Shown here piece after piece: positions 47,369 through 56,272 of a stretch of 64,000 bases of DNA (the stretch's first letter is position 1; each line of letters starts with the position of its first letter). The translations under genes were made by a program, and so were the position numbers. The notes below the pieces were generated by a model. The model worked only from the letters and a program-made list of their open reading frames with translations, did not search any database and was not told the DNA's origin. The stretch comes from a virus. The stretch covers positions 80,390 to 144,389 of IMG/VR virus record IMGVR_UViG_3300028558_000018. One strand, 5' to 3'.

Positions 47369-47760
47369 TTAAAATTCAAACTGCGCCTTCATTTGTGCGA
47401 CTTTTTGTTCTGGCACCCATGAGTGTTTGAGAATTGCTGGTTGAGAATGATTTCGGTGACATTAAAGTTATTAAGTCTCGCATATTCAACGTAATGCGAA
47501 AAATGTTTGATAAAAATGTTAGTGTTGCTTTGCACTATATTGCCGTTATTGGCGCGAATACAATCACAAAAATAATCAAACGCTTTATTATGGTTAATTC
47601 CGAGAAGTTTCGGGTCAAATTTATATTCCCCATCAACGTAAAAGAATTTATCAGTTTCCACCCAATATTTACACAGCTTACTATCCATAAATTGTTGTGC
47701 CAGAGTGCTTTTACCCGCGCCCGATTGTGCCCGCAAAATATAGACTGTAAATTGATTCAT
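47369..47760 (-). pseudogene. P-loop kinase (AAA_33/N4BP2-like) with apparent 1-nt frameshift near C-terminus
   Basis: AQSGAGKST, ETDKFF, SNTN; NTHG continues as VPEQKVAQMKAQFEF* in the shifted frame at about 47416. Confidence 0.75.
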
Positions 47761-47791
47761 AATTAGAGGTTGAACTAAAATGGTTGCCCTG

Positions 47792-47998
47792 TCAATTACT
47801 TTCTGAATAATCTAATTCTTTAATTTTCTCCGCGATTTCTTCCAGCATTCTCGCGGTTAAAGATGTATGCGAAGGATAATAAACAAATTGATTATGATAT
47901 TTGGTAAGATATCCCACATATACATTCGAATGGGTTTCGTGAATATTGTATCTTTGAGACAACTTATCGATTAATTTAAATTCAAGTAGATTATCCAT
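47792..47998 (-). CDS. Hypothetical protein
   Basis: Early array ORF. Confidence 0.6.
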   Translation of the reverse strand: MDNLLEFKLIDKLSQRYNIHETHSNVYVGYLTKYHNQFVYYPSHTSLTARMLEEIAEKIKELDYSESN

Positions 47999-48174
47999 AA
48001 ATTATTTGCTGTTGAAATTGATTTGTTCGTCCAGCTTATCTACCAATTTCTTAATATCGCTTTCGTGAACCATAACAATTCTATGGGCGGATAATTTCGT
48101 CGCGCAAGCAATTTGGCGCAGTTCGTTCCAAATGAGCGTAGTTAATTCTTTTTTATCCATTGAGAAAGCGTGAA

Positions 48175-48434
48175 TTAAGATTCGTTCTTTGTCAAATTAA
48201 ATATCGCAATGATAAAAGTTTGGCCCATTGGGTTATTCTTTTCGGCAACAATTTCGCAATCGCCACGAGGATTTAGCGATGATTTAAATCTAACGGAATA
48301 TCTATTATAATTTTTCAAAATTAAATTTTCGCCCAAACTTCTTGCGTCTCAATATATACGCCGCAAGGTAATTTCACCGTATAAGTATGCTTTTCTAATT
48401 TAGTCGTCCAGTCTTGAGTCGTTACTTTAAACAT
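48175..48434 (-). pseudogene. Hypothetical gene with probable 1-nt frameshift at about 48348
   Basis: MFKVTT..CGVYIE joins DARSLGENLILK..NES* if one G is restored. Confidence 0.4.
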
Positions 48435-48490
48435 AATTATTCCGCCAAAATAAAAATTCCCCAGCTTGCCATTTATTAAATCACCCTTAT

Positions 48491-48991
48491 TCATAATTTA
48501 TCTCCCAAATAGAACTTTTCGCCTTTGAATTCGCAAATCAGTTTGCCCGTATTAACGCACCGAGTAATTATCCCTTTATTTTGCCTCGCCCGTAATTTCT
48601 TCAATTCTGCTTGGTCTTCGCTATATTGTTTTCTCCAAGTGCCAACGGCATCTTTATAACGAATTAAATCTTTTTCTTGATTAGAATTCCTTTCCAGTAA
48701 ATCTTTGATAAACTCGCCTTTGTCAGTCGTATATTCTTCGATAATCAACTTTAGCTTAACAACTTCCGCCTCCCAATTCTCATTATTAGTCTCTTCTTCT
48801 TTAAGCTTTGTCTCTAAATCCTTAACCGTTCCATTTAAATCTTCAATTTCGCTTTTTAATCCTTCAATTTCTTCTTTATCGCAATAAAACACCGCATCAG
48901 TTCCCCATAGCTGCACGCTTTCAATATTCGTCGCCGCGTAATCATGGGCGCGGAAACCAATAATAAGTGCTTTTAAATCTTTAAATAGCAT
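48491..48991 (-). CDS. Coiled-coil hypothetical protein
   Basis: TTGAC 34 nt upstream. Confidence 0.7.
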   Translation of the reverse strand: MLFKDLKALIIGFRAHDYAATNIESVQLWGTDAVFYCDKEEIEGLKSEIEDLNGTVKDLETKLKEEETNNENWEAEVVKLKLIIEEYTTDKGEFIKDLLERNSNQEKDLIRYKDAVGTWRKQYSEDQAELKKLRARQNKGIITRCVNTGKLICEFKGEKFYLGDKL

Positions 48992-49032
48992 AGCTGTATA
49001 ATGATTAAAATACTCCTATTGTCAAGTTGATT

Positions 49033-49386
49033 TTAATTAAAAATTTCCGCATAATCTCTTGGGGTCATGCGTTCAAATTTTTCAAAAGAGCGAATTAGCT
49101 CATCATTAGACGCAAAACCCACGAGTGAGTAAATTTTGTGATAATGCTTGCCCATTACAATAAGTTCTCGCGCTTTTGCCACTCTAATTTTAAATAAATA
49201 TTCCAACATATCCTCGCCGATAATTTTCACAAAATAATAATTTAGTCTAGAATAATCCATCGAAGCTAACTCGCAAAGGTCATTTTTCTTAACTTTTTTA
49301 CCAATATTATTCTCCATATAAAACTTGACCGAGTAAATCGTCTCGCGAATTACCGGCGTCATTTGTTCGTAATGATGACTACTCAT
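49033..49386 (-). CDS. Stand-alone AraC-family HTH regulator
   Basis: LCELASMDYSRLNYYFVKIIG..RVAKARELI..VGF..FEKFERMTPRDY. Confidence 0.8.
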   Translation of the reverse strand: MSSHHYEQMTPVIRETIYSVKFYMENNIGKKVKKNDLCELASMDYSRLNYYFVKIIGEDMLEYLFKIRVAKARELIVMGKHYHKIYSLVGFASNDELIRSFEKFERMTPRDYAEIFN

Positions 49387-49390
49387 AAAT

Positions 49391-49759
49391 TTATCCCCCG
49401 AAGCCCGCCCCAATTAAATCGTTTACCGCAATATGTAAATCTTTAATAGGAATATTATCCATAATTTGTAATTCAGAGGAATCCTTTGGGTAATATTGTA
49501 ATCTAAAATGCGTTTTACCCTTATTAATAACAATCATCGCGAGTTCTTTGGTGACGCTCTCGTTATGAATGTCATTTCGATTCTTGGAATTTACACGCCA
49601 AAACTCGTATATAGTCCCAACTAATGTGTATTGCACTCGATAAGGTGTGAGTTTCTTGATTATAATCCCGCTAGGAGTTAATTGATTATTCGGCGCGCTT
49701 TCCCAATTATTTAACGGCGCGGGGTTAATATATTGGCTAATTAGTTCCGAATTATTCAT
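49391..49759 (-). CDS. Hypothetical protein
   Basis: Early array ORF. Confidence 0.65.
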   Translation of the reverse strand: MNNSELISQYINPAPLNNWESAPNNQLTPSGIIIKKLTPYRVQYTLVGTIYEFWRVNSKNRNDIHNESVTKELAMIVINKGKTHFRLQYYPKDSSELQIMDNIPIKDLHIAVNDLIGAGFGG

Positions 49760-50012
49760 TTCGCGATTTAATTGAAATAGCGTTAATAGTTGTGAAAAGC
49801 TTTTCTTTCAATTCTTCAATTGAGCCAAATTCACAGGGATGCGGCAAATCTTGAATAGTTAGTTCTCTGAAAGAACCGTCCGCCAATTTAAATTTGTGCG
49901 GCGCGAAAATTCCCTCCCTAATATGTCCAATGGGCATACCAGAATAATAAATATCTGTTTGATTAGGATGGAAACAGAATAGAAAGGAGAAATAATTATT
50001 CATATTATTCAA
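49752..50012 (-). CDS. Hypothetical protein
   Basis: Early array ORF. Confidence 0.6.
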   Translation of the reverse strand: MNNMNNYFSFLFCFHPNQTDIYYSGMPIGHIREGIFAPHKFKLADGSFRELTIQDLPHPCEFGSIEELKEKLFTTINAISIKSRNE

Positions 50013-50220
50013 TCGTGCAATAATAAGCCATTAAAAGGTCTTCTGGATTGTCAAAAGTAGCCCCCAACGTAAAATCTTCGCCCATCAAACCGTATTGAGA
50101 AATAATCCCATTATTATACAGCCCAACAAGCCTAAATGCATGTTTATGATCATCGAAGAGAATTTCATCGCCCACTTGAAATTTCTTCCCAATAATATCT
50201 TTAGGCGTTTTAATAACCAT
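50005..50220 (-). CDS. Hypothetical protein
   Basis: Early array ORF. Confidence 0.6.
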   Translation of the reverse strand: MVIKTPKDIIGKKFQVGDEILFDDHKHAFRLVGLYNNGIISQYGLMGEDFTLGATFDNPEDLLMAYYCTIE

Positions 50221-50224
50221 AATA

Positions 50225-50437
50225 TTAGATATTTTTAAGTTCTAGGTTGAATTCTGCGTTGAAATAATCCACCGCGTCACCATAACAATCAAAATTACTC
50301 ACCAAATTGGGCTTATGGTCGGGGCTTAATTCGATTAACATATATTTACCCGTTTCCGTTTTATCAATAATATAGCGATTATATTGAGAATCTTCGCGAT
50401 TAAATACCGATTTGAAGAATAAATATTGAGAGTTCAC
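50225..50437 (-). CDS. Hypothetical protein
   Basis: GTGA overlap. Confidence 0.55.
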   Translation of the reverse strand: MNSQYLFFKSVFNREDSQYNRYIIDKTETGKYMLIELSPDHKPNLVSNFDCYGDAVDYFNAEFNLELKNI

Positions 50438-50790
50438 GGAAGAAGATTAGGATTTTCAAAAATATTACCAATTACTTCAACATGGCCATTTTGCCCCTTT
50501 TCTGCGGCGAGAATCAGGGAAAATTTGTTATCTTCGTCGTTATAAAAATAACCATTATGGAAACAAACTTTAGATTTGTGAATATATGTTTCCCCGCCGA
50601 TAAATTCTTCATCTATGTAATATTCTTGAGCAAGAATGTCGCCCTCAAAAATCTCTTTTCCATTTTTATCCTTCAACCCAGTGAATTGAGTGATGGAATA
50701 TTCGGGATTATTGAGTGATTTGGCCTCAAATTCTCCGACCCAATGATGCCATTTATTATCCCACACGCGGAATTTAATTTCTCGGTTCAT
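50434..50790 (-). CDS. YopX-family protein
   Basis: REIKFRVWD..QFTGLKDKNGKEIFEGDI..EVIGNIFEN. Confidence 0.9.
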   Translation of the reverse strand: MNREIKFRVWDNKWHHWVGEFEAKSLNNPEYSITQFTGLKDKNGKEIFEGDILAQEYYIDEEFIGGETYIHKSKVCFHNGYFYNDEDNKFSLILAAEKGQNGHVEVIGNIFENPNLLP

Positions 50791-50791
50791 A

Positions 50792-51025
50792 TTAATTACT
50801 TATAGTTTGATAATGAGTGGCAAACACAAATCCATTTTTGACTTCTTCTACGTCAGAATAAGAAATCTTAGAAACGTCAATATCACTATTTTGACGCAAT
50901 TGTGCGCTAAATATTTTCTTGGCCGCAATGCTATTTTGACCGTCATTCACTAATACCGTGCCGAAAAACGATTGTTTGTCGCGAATTTCATCAATGGCGA
51001 TGCCTCTAAGTTTAAATAGCTTCAT
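50792..51025 (-). CDS. Hypothetical protein
   Basis: Early array ORF. Confidence 0.6.
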   Translation of the reverse strand: MKLFKLRGIAIDEIRDKQSFFGTVLVNDGQNSIAAKKIFSAQLRQNSDIDVSKISYSDVEEVKNGFVFATHYQTISN

Positions 51026-51029
51026 AATT

Positions 51030-51317
51030 TTATAGTTTCGTAGGATGATTAGGAATCAAATCTTTCAGCGCGGCGCAATATTGTTTAGTAATGTTATCGC
51101 GGTCAATAAGATAATTGGCGCGTAATTCTTCCAATCGTTTAATAATTGGCAAAGCGTTTTCCTCATCAAGTGTCAAAAATGGCCGAAAAAATCCTTGATA
51201 GGACGGAACATAAACTAGCGTTTCCGGCGAATAAGAGTGGCGACGAGTATAATCAATTTCTCCCCAAAGAGTGAATGGGTAAATATCATATGGCCAAAAT
51301 GCGATTTGTGTTTTCAT
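51030..51317 (-). CDS. Hypothetical protein
   Basis: AFWPYDIYPF motif; TAATATG junction. Confidence 0.65.
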   Translation of the reverse strand: MKTQIAFWPYDIYPFTLWGEIDYTRRHSYSPETLVYVPSYQGFFRPFLTLDEENALPIIKRLEELRANYLIDRDNITKQYCAALKDLIPNHPTKL

Positions 51318-51318
51318 A

Positions 51319-51645
51319 TTAAATAAAGTTCCAATTATAAGACTTTTTGCAATCGTGATTAATCGCAATACGTTTCCCATCACTTACAACCAAAGTCCCG
51401 TCGCCATCCCAATTATATGCCATCCATTCATGATTCATCCCTCGGAAATAATAACATTTCGACTCTATATCCCCAAAATAGGCTTCTATTTGGGATTCGG
51501 TCAAATAGTCTGCCCGTAGGAAAGGTTCGACTTCAAAATTCTCATAACAACCATAGCCCTTATTCTTGGTGAAGAAATATTTACGCAAAGTCTCGCCAAA
51601 TTCATTCGCGGCATTGATATTTTCAGTGTCTATAGTAATTTTCAT
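51319..51645 (-). CDS. Hypothetical protein
   Basis: YNWDGDGTL..NHDCKK; TTGAC 35 nt upstream. Confidence 0.7.
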   Translation of the reverse strand: MKITIDTENINAANEFGETLRKYFFTKNKGYGCYENFEVEPFLRADYLTESQIEAYFGDIESKCYYFRGMNHEWMAYNWDGDGTLVVSDGKRIAINHDCKKSYNWNFI

Positions 51646-51881
51646 AATTTAAACACTACCAGAAATTTTCTCTCAGTCAATAACTTTTTTAAAAATAAAT
51701 TCGGGGCCAATTAACTATCTCAATATCGTTATTAAAAAAACCAGTATAATAATGATAATGAATTCCATAACTGGGAATATCATAGGGTTTTGCCCCATGA
51801 CTTTCAACTAAAATCTGCCCGAGCCCTTAACATTTTCCCAAATTACCCACTTGACAGAATAATTCAACGCCGCCGAACTAA

Positions 51882-52085
51882 TTAAGCCTTGATTTCGATA
51901 TAATCCTCGCCTAGAGTTGCCCCGTAAAGGTCAATGTCATCATAATCAAGGTCAAATTCTTCGCCAATTTCCGCGTCATAATCCGAATATTCGCGCCAAG
52001 AGCAACATTCGTCTGCACAAAATACCAAAGTGCCTTTGACGATTCTTGAAGGACGAATAAATTTAATTACCATAATCTTTTGCAA
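51882..52085 (-). CDS. Hypothetical acidic protein
   Basis: Early array ORF. Confidence 0.55.
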   Translation of the reverse strand: MQKIMVIKFIRPSRIVKGTLVFCADECCSWREYSDYDAEIGEEFDLDYDDIDLYGATLGEDYIEIKA

Positions 52086-52235
52086 AAGGTAGCGATTTTA
52101 CCAATTTCTTAGCATTATCATATGGACGAAGATTGCCCCTTCCATTCGCTTGACGTTGGGCCAATGCGTGAATAATTTCGGCCAATTCAATGCTATTAAT
52201 AGAACAAAGCCAAAGAAAGGTGATAATTCGCTTAA

Positions 52236-52721
52236 TCATTTAATAATTAGAATATTGTCAAGGGCAACATTCACGAGAATTCTCGCCTCATTTCCACCCA
52301 ATTCGCTACCTACGCAAAATTCCTCAATTGCTTGAATATTGGACTCGTTGCCATTTATGAAAAAGCGCGTTGTAAATTGATTGTTATGCACGGGGTATAA
52401 TCTAGCGTAGAGTTTGCCCTCTTTATTGCGCAAAATAAAGGGGAAAATTTCCCATTCTAATCCCATTAAAGGCTGTGGGGTTTCAGGTAATTGCCCATTT
52501 TCGCGACCCTCTTTTATTATTGCTTTATTTTCGTAATTCTGCCCCACAAAGAACTGCCCAGAGGTAATTTTCTCGCCAAAATAGCCTAATTTAGCATATG
52601 CGGCGCGAAATTTCAAATCACGACGATAGCTAATTGTGCGAATTACGCCCTTTTTGGCGCACAATTGGTCAATAAGGTCTTGGCGCGGGAGAATTTGGGT
52701 GAGAGTATTCATCGGCCCCAA
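52236..52721 (-). CDS. Hypothetical protein
   Basis: 161 aa ORF. Confidence 0.7.
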   Translation of the reverse strand: MGPMNTLTQILPRQDLIDQLCAKKGVIRTISYRRDLKFRAAYAKLGYFGEKITSGQFFVGQNYENKAIIKEGRENGQLPETPQPLMGLEWEIFPFILRNKEGKLYARLYPVHNNQFTTRFFINGNESNIQAIEEFCVGSELGGNEARILVNVALDNILIIK

Positions 52722-52900
52722 GTGAATCGCGCCCCGCCATCTTTGTCAATAGAATAATGAGCCGCGTTGTTAATTATTGCTTGGCGCTGGATTTCTCTAA
52801 TTTGATGCTTAAGTTCACTTTTATCCATATAGCCAAACAAAGTTTGGACCGCTAAAAATCCAACCAAAAACCAAGCTATTCTTTCGGAGTTTATTTTCAT
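52709..52900 (-). CDS. Small membrane protein
   Basis: N-terminal TM; AI..NAAHY..G..FTW. Confidence 0.6.
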   Translation of the reverse strand: MKINSERIAWFLVGFLAVQTLFGYMDKSELKHQIREIQRQAIINNAAHYSIDKDGGARFTWGR

Positions 52901-52904
52901 AATA

Positions 52905-53195
52905 TTACATTTCAAAGTTCTTTTCTTCAATAACCCGTTCAATTCTACTGGGTTTGCTCTCGCCAATTGCCGAATCTCCATCGGGTAGCACAAAATATTT
53001 ATCTCTATTATCTTCGCCCTCTTTAATTATCTCACTCTTAGAAAACAATTTCCGCGCCTCATTTGCCGCGACTTCGCTAAAAAATGCAAAGCGAGAATCT
53101 TTTAGGACGAATCTCTTGCCAGTGAGTTTAATTTGCGCGGCATCATTTTTATGCACGAATTGATTGCCCACTTGAACGTAATATTTAATTGACAT
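52905..53195 (-). CDS. Hypothetical protein
   Basis: Promoter at about 53278. Confidence 0.65.
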   Translation of the reverse strand: MSIKYYVQVGNQFVHKNDAAQIKLTGKRFVLKDSRFAFFSEVAANEARKLFSKSEIIKEGEDNRDKYFVLPDGDSAIGESKPSRIERVIEEKNFEM

Positions 53196-53294
53196 ATTCT
53201 AACTTTTTCTCTGAATTTGGTTTGGATTATTGGTTGTTCTAACAAAAATAACTATGGAGAAATTTTGCCCCACGTCAAATTAATTTTAATTGAT

Positions 53295-53498
53295 TTAATC
53301 AAGGGAAATTTTCATCGCAGCGCGGGCCAATAAATCTTTGTCTTTATTTGGTTTAATCAAATTAACTCGGCTATCAGGATCAATAGAATCTACTATGCAC
53401 CAATTGTCCGTAGAATCGTCAAAATAAAGATGAATATTCCACCGCTCTAAATACTTGTAAATTTCTTCTATTGAGGGATAAGTTTCAAAAGGTGCCAT
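53295..53498 (-). CDS. Hypothetical protein
   Basis: Early array ORF. Confidence 0.6.
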   Translation of the reverse strand: MAPFETYPSIEEIYKYLERWNIHLYFDDSTDNWCIVDSIDPDSRVNLIKPNKDKDLLARAAMKISLD

Positions 53499-53770
53499 AA
53501 TTATAGTGATTTTTCTAATTTAATAATTTCCATCCAGTCGGGGATATTTTTCACCGCGTCGGCGTAATCGGTAGCTAGCACTTCAATTTTTTCAATTTTA
53601 CCCTCGATTAAAAAACTAACGAGATATTTATTTAAATTTTTCATAATATTGAGCAATAAACGCTCGGCTTAAGCTAAAATAACTAGAATTGTCGTAGGTA
53701 AACATAAGCTCGTTCTCGTTGTTTAGTCCGCAAAATATGATAATATCAGATGAATATTTATTTTTATACC

Positions 53771-53968
53771 TCATGGGAGCTTAATAATCATAAATTTATC
53801 ATTCTTATAATAATTTAAACAAAAATCGGGACGATGATAACTGTGCGTTTCTATTTGCGCCCCGCCAGAATTTATCAATAGCAAATAACCCTTGGGTAGA
53901 TTCCCTTCGGGCCAAGTGGCGGCAATTTCCGCGCCATACCAAATATAAGGTTTGAAAAACATTTTCAT
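53771..53968 (-). CDS. Hypothetical protein
   Basis: Early array ORF. Confidence 0.6.
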   Translation of the reverse strand: MKMFFKPYIWYGAEIAATWPEGNLPKGYLLLINSGGAQIETHSYHRPDFCLNYYKNDKFMIIKLP

Positions 53969-53971
53969 AAT

Positions 53972-54247
53972 TTATTTCCATTCGGCTTTTTCAAATTTCA
54001 TCCAATAATCAGGATTCCCGCGCCCTAGTTCTAATATTAAGGACTCGTAAAACTGATTATTCTCAATAGTTGCGCCATTTTTATCCTTAATAACCATTTT
54101 TTGAATAGAATAAGGCACAAGGGCAAAAATATCTTGATTAACAACTTTATCTTGAACTTGCTTCGCGAGAGAATTTACCACTTTGCGTTCGTAGAGAAAT
54201 TCGGCCTCTATTTCGAAATCTTGATAATAAAATGTGTTAACTCGCAT
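53972..54247 (-). CDS. Hypothetical protein
   Basis: Early array ORF. Confidence 0.6.
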   Translation of the reverse strand: MRVNTFYYQDFEIEAEFLYERKVVNSLAKQVQDKVVNQDIFALVPYSIQKMVIKDKNGATIENNQFYESLILELGRGNPDYWMKFEKAEWK

Positions 54248-54466
54248 ATTATGAGTGTTTATCCATCAAATCATCCATAGTAATTATCGAATTCCCGCCC
54301 ATTACTTGAAATTGGTAAACCCTTGGGTCGTCGTAATAACCATAATCCACGGTAATTGTTACTCCGTGTCGATAAAGTAGGGAATGCAATTCGTCTAGAA
54401 ATTTATTTTCGTTGTCTGTCATAATGTGACTCTAATAAGTTCTCCCTTTATGTCAATTAAAAAGAA

Positions 54467-54721
54467 TTAAAGTTCACTAAATTGGCGAATTTCTTCCGCC
54501 GTAACATTAAATGCATTGCTGCGCCCCGTATAAACTCCGCTTTGATAAGCATGTGCCTCGTTTATCATCGCTGTTGTGTGGCAAATACTCGCAGTTTTAT
54601 TTAGCCAGAGCGGATAATCACTCGGTACACAAATATAGCCAGCCCGAAAAGCTAATTTGCGCACGAATTTGCGAAATAGTGTGTCGCCGCTAAGTTTTTG
54701 ATAATGTTGAACGGGATTCAT
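54467..54721 (-). CDS. Hypothetical protein
   Basis: ORF after tRNA-like element. Confidence 0.6.
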   Translation of the reverse strand: MNPVQHYQKLSGDTLFRKFVRKLAFRAGYICVPSDYPLWLNKTASICHTTAMINEAHAYQSGVYTGRSNAFNVTAEEIRQFSEL

Positions 54722-54743
54722 AAGTTGTTGGTTATTAAGTAAT

Positions 54744-54822
54744 TGGTCCTACCTGCCATCGGAGCCTATGGCGAAGGGCGATTATAAATCGCCTATTATT
54801 AGCTGCGCTTAATTAAAGTAGG
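54744..54822 (-). tRNA. Non-canonical tRNA-Ile(TAT)-like cloverleaf with encoded CCA
   Basis: CCTACTT TA ATTA AGCGCAGCTAA TAAT A GGCGA TTTATAA TCGCC CTTC GCCAT AGGCTCCG ATGGC AGGTAGG A CCA; all four stems pair with canonical spacing; lacks D-loop GG and T-loop TTCRA. Confidence 0.75.
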
Positions 54823-54842
54823 GGAAAATGTTATGTAATTAT

Positions 54843-55076
54843 TTAAATAAATTCCGCGCTCCAAATCAGCACATCAAAATCGCCTCTAATTAGCTCTCCT
54901 TTCACGAATTTCCCATCACAATTGAATTTTGCATAACGAAAGCATCGGCGCATAGGCTTTCCGTCTGAGTTAACAAAATCCTGATAAACCTTGCCATTTT
55001 GCTCATAACAAGATGTTTCCAAATGTCGCTTAGGAAAATCAGGATCGGATAAAATTCTTTTGATTAACTCGCTCAT
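54843..55076 (-). CDS. Hypothetical protein
   Basis: ATGA overlap. Confidence 0.6.
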   Translation of the reverse strand: MSELIKRILSDPDFPKRHLETSCYEQNGKVYQDFVNSDGKPMRRCFRYAKFNCDGKFVKGELIRGDFDVLIWSAEFI

Positions 55077-55447
55077 GATTTATCTCCAATATTTTCCTTG
55101 ATTTGCTGTAACAATTTAACCCATCGGGTAGTCCCTTCCATATTAAGCGCGGTAACTTTCCAATCTGGTAGTGATTTGTAATCAATGAGTCGGCGTAATA
55201 ATTGTGTGTCGTCCAATTTTTTAATATCACTGATATAATTATCCACCATACATTGTCTTTCGTGATGACGTTCTTTGCGATCAATTTCCGAAAGAGAAAT
55301 TCCGCCGCCCATGATTAATCCAACAGTGGCAAATACAAAAGGGATAATAACCCAAGGATTTACACTTCTTACATAAATTCCTCCAGTAATTAAAAGCGCA
55401 ACGCCAAGGGCGATAGAAAGATAACTGAGAGATTTTTGAGTTAACAT
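55073..55447 (-). CDS. Two-TM membrane protein
   Basis: Two hydrophobic helices; TTGAC 35 nt upstream. Confidence 0.7.
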   Translation of the reverse strand: MLTQKSLSYLSIALGVALLITGGIYVRSVNPWVIIPFVFATVGLIMGGGISLSEIDRKERHHERQCMVDNYISDIKKLDDTQLLRRLIDYKSLPDWKVTALNMEGTTRWVKLLQQIKENIGDKS

Positions 55448-55482
55448 AATAGTAGAGTGCGTTAAAATGAGTTCGCTGTCAA

Positions 55483-55665
55483 TTAAATTTTATTCCAAAG
55501 TGCGAAAATTTGTTCCGTGATGATTAATACCGCAAATGGCAACATAAAATAGCGATAGACTTTATTCTTAAACTGCCAAGGAGCAAAAGCTAATCACGCG
55601 CCGTAAATTGCAATATTGAGAAAATTAATATAAATTGAATTGCCAAATTGTTGAATAATATTCAT
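55483..55665 (-). pseudogene. Small membrane-protein ORF interrupted by in-frame TGA at 55594-55596
   Basis: ..NIAIYGA*LAFAPWQFKNK..ALWNKI; ATGA-coupled start. Confidence 0.55.
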
Positions 55666-55826
55666 TTTTTATAAATTTTTTCAGCATAATTGACTAGTGC
55701 TGCGAGAACTTCCGGCTCAAGAACGATTTGATTAGTCGTCATTACACCATTTTCGGTCGTTAAAACGATGCTATAACCATCGAATTTTGCATATACACCG
55801 TCACCGAGATATTGTTTATTCATCAT
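55662..55826 (-). CDS. Conserved-type small phage protein (54 aa, not in track)
   Basis: YLGDGVY..DG..LTTENG..NQIVLEPEV. Confidence 0.7.
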   Translation of the reverse strand: MMNKQYLGDGVYAKFDGYSIVLTTENGVMTTNQIVLEPEVLAALVNYAEKIYKK

Positions 55827-55827
55827 A

Positions 55828-56253
55828 TTAATTAATTTTAACTTGCGGGCATTTATCTGGATTTATTGCAAAATAAGGCTGCTGCCATTCACGATATTTA
55901 TCGTCAATACACATAAATCGGTAATGAAGTTTCCCAATAGGAGAATTACTATCATCAATAATTCTCCCAATTACGCCCATTGGATGAATTTCCTCGCTAG
56001 AAGCATTCGCCCAATTAAAACTTTTAAATAATGGCCGCGCTAATTCAATGGTTTCCTTCCAAGCAGCTTTAACACTAGAGGCTTCGTGTTGGAAATAGCC
56101 TTTATTAGATTCTACGCTAGGATGTTGTTTGCGCCCCAAATATCTATCAAGAATATATTCGACTTTATCTAATAATTGTTCGTGTTTAGCACAAGAGGAT
56201 TCATCAGAGAACTCTCTTCCGTCTTTAGCTTGATATTTTGCGATTAGTTGCAT
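55828..56253 (-). CDS. Hypothetical protein
   Basis: YQAKDGREFSDESSC..REWQQPYFA. Confidence 0.7.
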   Translation of the reverse strand: MQLIAKYQAKDGREFSDESSCAKHEQLLDKVEYILDRYLGRKQHPSVESNKGYFQHEASSVKAAWKETIELARPLFKSFNWANASSEEIHPMGVIGRIIDDSNSPIGKLHYRFMCIDDKYREWQQPYFAINPDKCPQVKIN

Positions 56254-56272
56254 AAGTTGTTTATTATCAAAG

